Shown: piece by piece, positions 22,434-30,000 of the stretch
How the letters are laid out: each line of letters opens with the position of its first letter
How positions within the stretch are numbered: the stretch's first letter is position 1
Assembly (NCBI RefSeq): GCF_046715635.1
Contig: NZ_JBKJYW010000348.1
Coordinates: forward strand, 3,634-33,633
Direction of reading: 5' to 3'
Source: Serratia sp. (in: enterobacteria)
Lineage (GTDB): Bacteria > Pseudomonadota > Gammaproteobacteria > Enterobacterales > Enterobacteriaceae
Length of the DNA: 30,000 bases
Position numbers and translations under genes: made by a program
The notes under the pieces: generated by a model
Database searches by the model: none
What the model was told of the DNA's origin: nothing
What the model saw: only the letters and a program-made list of their open reading frames with translations

Positions 22434-23903
22434 TTACATCATCACGACGTCAAACTGTTCCTGGCTGTATAAAGGTTCGATCTGCACCTTGACCTGTTTG
22501 CCAACGAAGATTTCCACTTCCGCCAGCGCGTGTGACTCTTCGCCTTTCAGCGCTTCACCCACGGCCGCAGATGCGTAGACCAGGAAACGATCGGAATCGT
22601 AAGCATGATGCACACGTACGATCTCACGCATAATCTCATAGCAGACGGTTTCCACCGTTTTTACCGTGCCACGGCCCTGGCAGGTCGGGCAGTCGTTACA
22701 CAGCACATGCTCAATACTTTCACGCGTGCGTTTACGCGTCATCTCCACTAATCCTAGTTGAGAGAAACCATTGATTGTGGTTTTTACCCGATCTTTACTC
22801 AGCGCCAGTTCCAACGAGTGCAACACCCGGCGACGGTGTTCATCATTATTCATATCGATGAAATCAATGATGATGATGCCGCCCAGATTGCGCAGCCGCA
22901 GCTGCCGGGCGATGGCTTGTGTCGCTTCGATGTTGGTATTGAAGATGGTTTCGTCAAGATTGCGGTGGCCGACAAAGGCCCCGGTGTTGATATCCACGGT
23001 GGTCATGGCTTCGGTTTGATCGATGATGAGGTAACCACCGGACTTCAATTCAACCTTGCGCTCCAGCGCACGCTGGATCTCGTTCTCAACGTCGTACAGA
23101 TCGAAGATCGGCTGGCTACCGGTATACAGTTCCAGCTTATTGGTGATATCCGGGATGTACTCGCCGGTAAATTCCACCAGTTGATCGTGCGTCAGGCGTG
23201 AATCGACGCGGATACGATCCAGCGCCGCGCCGGCAAAGTCGCGCAGGATACGGTGCGCCAACGCCAGTTCGCCATACAGTTTGTACTTGGTCTGGTTACG
23301 CTTTTTGCGCTCCATGACCTTGGTCCACAAGCGCTTGAGGAAGGCAGCATCCTGCGCCAGCTCTTCTTCGCCGATCCCTTCCGCTGCGGTGCGGATGATA
23401 AAGCCACCCAGATCGTCGCAATATCCCGCCACGGCACGCTTAAGGCGCTCGCGTTCGGCTTCGCTTTCAATGCGTTGGGAAACCCCCACGTGCGCAGCAC
23501 CCGGCATAAAGACCAGGTAGCGCGAAGGTAGAGTAATGTCGGTAGTGAGGCGCGCGCCCTTGGTGCCAAGCGGATCTTTCACCACCTGAACCATCAGATC
23601 CTGCCCCTGACGCACCAGTTCGGCAATATCACGCACGGAGAAATTCTTTTGTTCATCACCGGCAACACATTCGGTGTGCGGCATGATATCGGAAGCGTGC
23701 AGGAAGGCCGCTTTATCCAGGCCAATATCGACAAAGGCCGCCTGCATGCCGGGTAACACGCGGCTGACGCGCCCTTTGTAGATATTGCCCACGATGCCAC
23801 GTTTGGCTTCGCGCTCGATATGGATCTCTTGCAGAATGCCGCCGTCAATATAGGCAACCCGCGTTTCCGACGGCGTGATATTTACCAGTAGCTCAGCTGT
23901 CAT
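22434..23903 (-). CDS. rng: Ribonuclease G
   Basis: 489 aa. The first ~135 residues are almost identical to E. coli RNase G (MTAELLVN.TPSETRVAYIDGGILQEIHIEREA.RGIVGNIYKGRVSRVLPGMQAAFVDIGLDKAAFLHASDIMPHTECVAG), including the S1 domain. Confidence 0.97.
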   Translation of the reverse strand: MTAELLVNITPSETRVAYIDGGILQEIHIEREAKRGIVGNIYKGRVSRVLPGMQAAFVDIGLDKAAFLHASDIMPHTECVAGDEQKNFSVRDIAELVRQGQDLMVQVVKDPLGTKGARLTTDITLPSRYLVFMPGAAHVGVSQRIESEAERERLKRAVAGYCDDLGGFIIRTAAEGIGEEELAQDAAFLKRLWTKVMERKKRNQTKYKLYGELALAHRILRDFAGAALDRIRVDSRLTHDQLVEFTGEYIPDITNKLELYTGSQPIFDLYDVENEIQRALERKVELKSGGYLIIDQTEAMTTVDINTGAFVGHRNLDETIFNTNIEATQAIARQLRLRNLGGIIIIDFIDMNNDEHRRRVLHSLELALSKDRVKTTINGFSQLGLVEMTRKRTRESIEHVLCNDCPTCQGRGTVKTVETVCYEIMREIVRVHHAYDSDRFLVYASAAVGEALKGEESHALAEVEIFVGKQVKVQIEPLYSQEQFDVVMM

Positions 23904-23989
23904 GCTTTCTCCTCAGAGCCGGTGTAACGCCCGCCCCTTATCTTTCCCGTGCTCACGCTATAGCGGCGACGGGAAATCTAGTGGTGACA

Positions 23990-24574
23990 TCAACCGGTTC
24001 TTACCTCTCGTAATGCGACAAAATGACTGAGCAGCTCATGTGTTTCGACCAGCGGCAACCCCATCACCGCATGATAACTTCCGGTTATCGATCTGACGAA
24101 ACAACCACCCTTGCCTTGAATTCCGTAAGCGCCCGCTTTATCCATCGGTTCGCCCGTGGCGATATAGTCGCAGATATCCTGTGGTGACAGGTTGCGAAAC
24201 GTCACGTCGGTGACCACCAACTGGCATAAAACGCCCTGTTTATCGGCGATCGCCACGGCGGTCATTACCTGATGCTGTTTTCCGGACAAGGCTGCCAGCA
24301 TCTGCGCCGCATGCTCTTCATCCCGCGGTTTTTCCAACACCTGGCCGTTCAACACCACGATAGTATCTGCGCCCAGCACGGGCCTATCATATTGCGCCAG
24401 GGTAACACCCGCCCTGGCTTTATCCTGCGCCAGACGGCGAACGTAATTTTCCGCTGCTTCCCCTTCCTGACGTTGCTCTTCAGTATGCGTCAGAATGACT
24501 TCAAACGGTACGCCGAGCAAAGTCAGCAGTTCATGACGACGGGGAGAACCGGAAGCAAGATAGAGCGAAAACAT
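23990..24574 (-). CDS. yhdE: Maf-family nucleoside-triphosphate pyrophosphatase YhdE (dTTP/UTP)
   Basis: [20 protein letters not shown]......EEQRQ..E.A..YV.RLA..KA.AGV matches E. coli YhdE. I chose the start at ATG 24574, the position of the E. coli N-terminus. The 8 extra track codons are not conserved. Confidence 0.92.
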   Translation of the reverse strand: MFSLYLASGSPRRHELLTLLGVPFEVILTHTEEQRQEGEAAENYVRRLAQDKARAGVTLAQYDRPVLGADTIVVLNGQVLEKPRDEEHAAQMLAALSGKQHQVMTAVAIADKQGVLCQLVVTDVTFRNLSPQDICDYIATGEPMDKAGAYGIQGKGGCFVRSITGSYHAVMGLPLVETHELLSHFVALREVRTG

Positions 24575-24584
24575 TGTTATAACC

Positions 24585-25073
24585 TCATTGTACGGCAAAC
24601 TGGCGGCGGATCTTACGCATCAGCAGGAATAACCACGGCCAAAGCACGCCGTTGACCACACTACTCCAGAACACCTCGGGGCGGAAAGAGACGTTGATTA
24701 CCAAAAACTCCGCCCAGAACACCACCACATCCATAGCCAATGATAGCAGCACGACGATCAACGCTTGCTGCCACAGTGCCATATTGCGGAATAATTGGAA
24801 TTTGAACGCGACGAGATAGGCGATGATGCCCATGGCCAGAGCACGCACGCCAAGCGTGGAGCCCAGGATCAGATCCATGATCAGCCCTAGGATAAACCCG
24901 GTACCGACGTTAACCCGATGGGGCAACGCCATTACCCAGTAAGTGAGGATCAGCAGCAGCCAGGATGGCCGGAACATGTAGATTTGCTCCGGCCACGGCA
25001 TGATTTGCAGCACTAATGCTACCAGGAATGACAGCCAGATAATCCAGCGCCCGTTGCTGCGATAACGATTCAT
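24585..25073 (-). CDS. mreD: Rod shape-determining protein MreD
   Basis: 162-aa polytopic membrane protein. YRS.GRW.IWLSFL.AL.LQIMPWP matches E. coli MreD. Its ATG overlaps the mreC stop (ATGA). Confidence 0.95.
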   Translation of the reverse strand: MNRYRSNGRWIIWLSFLVALVLQIMPWPEQIYMFRPSWLLLILTYWVMALPHRVNVGTGFILGLIMDLILGSTLGVRALAMGIIAYLVAFKFQLFRNMALWQQALIVVLLSLAMDVVVFWAEFLVINVSFRPEVFWSSVVNGVLWPWLFLLMRKIRRQFAVQ

Positions 25074-26062
25074 CGGGTTGCCCCCACCGGTGGCGGCTGA
25101 ACGGTACCGGTAGCCGGGGCTGGCAGTGGAGCCGGTGGGCCCATGGCATCCGCCGGTGGCAATACCTGCGGCATCATCTGCATCAGGCGTTCATTGGCAA
25201 CGCGGTGAACTTCTTCCGGCGGCAGCGGCATAGTGCCGTTACGATCGGCGCCCCACAGTAACAACAGATAGCGCAGGCGTTGCAGACCAGCGGTTGGCCG
25301 CGCCTGGATCACAGTATAGGCGCGTTGGTTATCCACTTTTACCGAGGACACCACGGCTACCGGATACCCTTCCGGGAAGCGCCCACCCAAACCAGAGGTG
25401 ACCAGCACATCCCCGACGCGAATATCAGTATTGCCCGGCAGATGTTCCAGCTGCAGGTCATCCGTGCAGCCACTGCCTGCGGCAATCACCCGGATGTCAT
25501 TGCGCAATACCTGGATCGGCAACGCATGGGAAGCATCACAGATCAGCAGGACGCGGCTGGTCATTTTAGCCACCGCCACCACCTGCCCGACCACGCCTTT
25601 ATCACTGATAACCGGCTGGCCTTCATAAACCCCGTTGTCCGACCCTTTATCAATCACCACCTGATCGCTATAGGGGTCAGAACCGGTAGAGATCACCTGA
25701 GTGACCATTTTGTGTTCATCCTGGCGCAACGGCGAGCCTAGCAGCTCACGCAAACGGGCATTTTCCTGTTTGAATTGGCCAAGAAGAAGAATATCGCTGT
25801 TTTTGAGTAACAGTTCCTGCCGCAGAGCTCGGTTTTCCAGCTCTAGCTGTTGGCGGGTAGCCAGCGTTTCCGATACGCTGTCCAAAACTTTACGCGGCCC
25901 ATTAGCCAAGAAATAAAAAGGGCTGACGGCGGTATCCATGTAGTTTCGTATTTTAACGAACGTACCGAGCCGGCTGTCGGCAACGATCAGCGCAATCGCC
26001 ACGATCACTGCCAGGAAAAGTCGTAGTTGCAGGGAAGGCCCCCTGCTAAAAATCGGCTTCAT
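25070..26062 (-). CDS. mreC: Rod shape-determining protein MreC
   Basis: [35 protein letters not shown] matches E. coli MreC. It has a coiled-coil segment ([16 protein letters not shown]) and a Pro/Ala-rich C-terminal tail. 330 aa, shorter than the 367 aa of E. coli because of tail length. Confidence 0.95.
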   Translation of the reverse strand: MKPIFSRGPSLQLRLFLAVIVAIALIVADSRLGTFVKIRNYMDTAVSPFYFLANGPRKVLDSVSETLATRQQLELENRALRQELLLKNSDILLLGQFKQENARLRELLGSPLRQDEHKMVTQVISTGSDPYSDQVVIDKGSDNGVYEGQPVISDKGVVGQVVAVAKMTSRVLLICDASHALPIQVLRNDIRVIAAGSGCTDDLQLEHLPGNTDIRVGDVLVTSGLGGRFPEGYPVAVVSSVKVDNQRAYTVIQARPTAGLQRLRYLLLLWGADRNGTMPLPPEEVHRVANERLMQMMPQVLPPADAMGPPAPLPAPATGTVQPPPVGATR

Positions 26063-26158
26063 AAATTATGCACGTTCCTCGACAACAGAAAGGGGAACGC
26101 ACCAGATGCCCGGTTAATGCCGTCATCCGCTACGATCCCTCCATTCTGGGGCTGCTCA

Positions 26159-27253
<1,095 letters not shown>

Positions 27254-27480
27254 TTACCAACCACACGAAGCAGCGACAAGGCGCAAAAACGTCCTACTTC
27301 GGTGAAAAATAGTCTGCGTTATTTGCGACCGAATGCACGGAAGGCGAATGGGGCCTGATATCCCTCAACAAAGGCTCAGCTAGCCACCAAATCAACGTAC
27401 CAAACGGCAGTAACACAGCTCATAAAATCTAACATTTTTCCTGATTGTCACCGGTGGTAAGCACCTACTGACGCCCACAG

Positions 27481-27518
27481 GAAAAGACGGGCCATTCTAC
27501 GTTAATTTTTGCCCGGTC
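27481..27518 (-). terminator. Candidate intrinsic terminator downstream of csrD
   Basis: On the - strand: GACCGGGC-(18-nt loop)-GCCCGTC followed by TTTTCC, starting 6 nt after the csrD stop. The stem is 7 bp with one bulged G. The large loop lowers confidence. Confidence 0.4.
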
Positions 27519-27524
27519 ATCAGG

Positions 27525-29456
27525 TTAAACACGATATCGACGCGAATATTTTTTGCGAGCTATATCGATCGGCTCTGGCGAGGCGAAAAAGTCCCCCTGC
27601 CCACCTAGGATCCCGCGCTCTTTCAGCGTCTGCCATTCGTTGCGCGTACGCACGCTGGCGGCAAAAACCTTCGCCTGAGTACCTTCACAGGCACCGGTCA
27701 GGCTTTGAACAAACAGCTGATTCTCATCCCGCCGGTCAATACTCCGCACCAACCCTGGGTGAAGCTTGACGATCTCCACCGGTAACGACTTGATATAAGA
27801 GGTACTCACCACCGTCAACCCGGCCTGAGAAACCGCCAGACGACAGCCCACTCCGGTCAGCAATCGCAGCACCGGACGCAAACGGTCGATATGTTGACAC
27901 ACATCTGCCTCTGCAAGTTCAATCAGAATTCGCCGACGGTGACTTTTTTCACACTGTAACAGGGTATCACGCAGCCAACGTTGGAAACTGCGCTGCAATA
28001 ATGAATCAACGCATAGCGGAAACGCCAGCGTCTCTTCCGGCCACAGCGCCAATAAAGGAATAATCCGATTCATCAGCTGGCGGTCATAGCTTTCCGCCAA
28101 CCCAAGCTGATTGACCAGCGGCATATACTCGGCAGGCAACAGTTCCTGCGCACCATCATAAATCCGGCTCATGATTTCACGGTGATGCACATCGCCATCC
28201 ACCGTCACCGCCGGTTTTTGATATAAACGCGGGCCGCCACGTGCCAGCACCTGTTCGAGCAGCGTACGCCATTTAACACTGCCGCGCCCTTTCTCTGGCA
28301 CGTCACTATCATAGACGTACCAGCCGTTTTCGCCCTGCAGCACGGCATGGCGGGTCGCCTGTTCGGCGTAATCGATGATCTCTTCCGTGGTCTGCCCGCT
28401 GCGGTAGGCAACAATACCGATATGCAAGAACGCCTCACGTTCAATCAGCGCCGTTGAGGGCAAGGAGTCGATCGCGTTGACCAGCTGCGCCGCGATGCCG
28501 TCCGCTTCTTTCAACGTGCGGTGTGGCAGCAGAACGGTAAAGTCACTGTGGAAATAACGGGCCAGTAAGGCGGCCGGGTAGCGCATGACAAAGGTGGACA
28601 ACAGGTTGACCAACGAATACATCAACTCCTGTACCGCCGCGTTGCCGTGGATTTCACGCAGGGTATCGAAATCCGGCAGGCGCACCATCATGACGATGCC
28701 GTGTGACCCGACATCTTCCAACTGAGTAGTGAGCTGGTTATCAAAGAACAGCCGGTTGTTGAGGCCGGTTTTCGCATCCTGAGCGGCAAAAGCGCGGATC
28801 AAGGTATCCACCCGGCTGCGCTCCTCACGCGCTTCGGCCAGATCGGCCAGCAGGCGATCCAACGCACCGCTGACGCTGGCGGGCCATTCACGAACGTCTC
28901 CCTTCAGCACCTGTTCACGTTCGCCGTTGAGAATGCGCCGCGCTCGGCGTTCCAGGCGATCTTCCCCTACCGCCTGTTCGCGCAACCAGCGTAAGCTGAA
29001 CAGCAGGATCACCACCATGATGACGATCGACAGCGTGACCGCCGCCGTGGACTGCAAAGAGCGCACGTCGCTGGCGAATGGATCGAGGTAAGTGACATTT
29101 ACCCGGGTGCCGGGGTGATGCATCATGGTTAACGAGGTTTGGCGGTAGCCGGTCAGCGATGCCCAGGGGGCTTTGATGGTAGGCAGGCTGTAGGAGAAAA
29201 TGTTGCTGGTTTCGGTATCGACATGAATGGCAACGATGCCTAGCGGCCGCATCACCAAGGGCAGCCAGTTATCCTGAGCCTGCAGAGGTTGGAGCAGCAT
29301 TGCCTGATCGATGGAGGTGGCCAGGGCTTCAAAACGGCGCTCGAGGCGCTCCTGAGTCACGTAAAAGAAACTGTATGAACACCCCATCAGCATCAAGAAC
29401 ATAGCCAATGCGACGAGCAGGGTGATTAGAGCAGAGAGTTTGGTTGTAAATCTCAT
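27525..29456 (-). CDS. csrD: RNase E specificity factor CsrD (degenerate GGDEF-EAL membrane protein)
   Basis: Colinear with E. coli CsrD from MRFTTKLSALITLL (E. coli MRLTTKFSAFVTLL) to the C-terminal KKYSRRYRV. The GGDEF position reads FHSDF and the EAL position reads EIM, both degenerate as in E. coli (HRSDF / ELM). I chose the start at ATG 29456 (643 aa). The 27 upstream track codons are not conserved. Confidence 0.93.
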   Translation of the reverse strand: MRFTTKLSALITLLVALAMFLMLMGCSYSFFYVTQERLERRFEALATSIDQAMLLQPLQAQDNWLPLVMRPLGIVAIHVDTETSNIFSYSLPTIKAPWASLTGYRQTSLTMMHHPGTRVNVTYLDPFASDVRSLQSTAAVTLSIVIMVVILLFSLRWLREQAVGEDRLERRARRILNGEREQVLKGDVREWPASVSGALDRLLADLAEAREERSRVDTLIRAFAAQDAKTGLNNRLFFDNQLTTQLEDVGSHGIVMMVRLPDFDTLREIHGNAAVQELMYSLVNLLSTFVMRYPAALLARYFHSDFTVLLPHRTLKEADGIAAQLVNAIDSLPSTALIEREAFLHIGIVAYRSGQTTEEIIDYAEQATRHAVLQGENGWYVYDSDVPEKGRGSVKWRTLLEQVLARGGPRLYQKPAVTVDGDVHHREIMSRIYDGAQELLPAEYMPLVNQLGLAESYDRQLMNRIIPLLALWPEETLAFPLCVDSLLQRSFQRWLRDTLLQCEKSHRRRILIELAEADVCQHIDRLRPVLRLLTGVGCRLAVSQAGLTVVSTSYIKSLPVEIVKLHPGLVRSIDRRDENQLFVQSLTGACEGTQAKVFAASVRTRNEWQTLKERGILGGQGDFFASPEPIDIARKKYSRRYRV

Positions 29457-29655
29457 CCCTGTGCCTTCTGCGCGATGATAAAATGAAGAGTCACCTTTTG
29501 ATGTGGCAAGGCCCCGTTCCTGCTCGATTGAAAACAACGCAATACCCTGATATTAAAAATCATGAAGCAACTTCAATTTCTTTGCCAAGCATCAGGTTAG
29601 CTCTACAAAGCTATCAAGCCTAGCCGACGAAGAAAACCATTAAGCACTATTTTTT

Positions 29656-29681
29656 TGTCCTTTATCAGGACAGGCTTTTTT
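29656..29681 (+). terminator. Terminator-like hairpin plus T6 in the csrD-acuI divergent region
   Basis: TGTCCT-ttatc-AGGACA, then GGC and TTTTTT (29676-29681). The stem is only 6 bp with 3 GC pairs. No annotated + strand gene lies upstream of it. Confidence 0.35.
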
Positions 29682-29720
29682 ATTATGCATATAGTCAGAC
29701 ATTACTGAACCATACATTCA

Positions 29721-29726
29721 TATAAT
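29721..29726 (+). promoter_or_regulatory. Consensus -10 hexamer (TATAAT) upstream of acuI
   Basis: Perfect TATAAT 26 bp upstream of the acuI ATG, leaving room for a short leader with GCGGGGA as SD. No convincing -35. Confidence 0.35.
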
Positions 29727-29751
29727 ATATGAAAAAGCGGGGAACAATGAC

Positions 29752-30000
29752 ATGCGTGTATTATTGTTGGAACAAGTTGGCGAAAAAACCCTGGCCCAAG
29801 TCAAGGATATTGACAGCGATCGGCTGCCAGAAGGAGATGTGACGGTCGACGTCAACTGGTCCAGTCTCAACTATAAGGATGCCCTGGCGATCACCGGCAC
29901 GGGGAAAATCATCCGTCACTTCCCAATGGTTCCTGGCATCGATTTTGCTGGCCAGGTACACAACAGCAAAGATCCGCGTTTTAAACCAGGCCAGAGCGTA
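29752..30000 (+). CDS. acuI: Acrylyl-CoA reductase AcuI/YhdH (zinc-independent MDR family), N-terminal fragment; 3' end outside the window
   Basis: ATG 29752 opens a frame running to the window edge: MRVLLLEQVGEKTLAQVKDIDSDRLPEGDVTVDVNWSSLNYKDALAITGTGKIIRHFPMVPGIDFAGQV. This is colinear with E. coli YhdH (M.ALLLEQ..GKTLA.V...D.SRLPEGDVTVDV.WSSLNYKDALAITG.GKIIR.FPM.PGIDFAG.V). It is absent from the ORF track because no stop lies in the window. Confidence 0.9.
   Translation, partial: MRVLLLEQVGEKTLAQVKDIDSDRLPEGDVTVDVNWSSLNYKDALAITGTGKIIRHFPMVPGIDFAGQVHNSKDPRFKPGQSV

Noticed and set aside
29562-29600. 12-codon ORF ATGAAGCAACTTCAATTTCTTTGCCAAGCATCAGGTTAG (MKQLQFLCQASG) in the csrD-acuI spacer
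   Set aside because: It has no SD. Its ATG lies at or upstream of the TSS predicted for the only plausible + strand promoter. It is too short to evaluate otherwise.

Overview
This 30-kb window looks like a gamma-proteobacterial chromosome, probably Enterobacterales. A Serratia/Yersiniaceae-like origin is an inference from gene order, near-identity of MreB/RNase G/TldD to the E. coli proteins as I recall them, and GGGAGAGGGTTAGGGTGAGGG-type REP repeats. There are three blocks. (i) 1-5932, + strand: a tightly, translationally coupled 8-gene operon. It encodes SDR, FAD-oxidoreductase, DUF1365, a CFA-synthase-like methyltransferase, DUF2878, a secreted chalcone-isomerase-fold protein, a DUF3833 lipoprotein and YbgA. 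This is a DUF-rich lipid-modification cluster related to the furan-fatty-acid / photo-oxidative-stress genes of alpha-proteobacteria. (ii) 6183-15970: an RluA-family pseudouridine synthase (- strand), then a compositionally mosaic, accessory-looking acyl-CoA island on the + strand, then an ElaA-like GNAT. The island encodes an AMP-forming acyl-CoA ligase, an ACS-family MFS transporter, a single-chain CoA-transferase, a PhaB/FabG-like reductase, a thiolase and a CdaR-family regulator. (iii) 16077-30000: the conserved core block tldD, nit-family hydrolase, yhdP, rng, yhdE(maf), mreD, mreC, mreB and csrD (all - strand), plus divergent acuI (3' end outside the window). I saw no rRNA, tRNA, CRISPR array, transposase, integrase or recognisable defence or toxin genes. 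The best candidates for under-described biology are the 8-gene lipid operon and the CdaR-linked truncated beta-oxidation island. Smaller items are a 194-bp MITE-like nested palindrome between rng and yhdP, a nit gene translationally coupled to yhdP, a perfect 10+10 inverted repeat in a divergent promoter region, and a promoter-plus-terminator pair that could define an sRNA of about 115 nt between csrD and acuI. All family assignments rest on motif recognition by eye; no database search was run.
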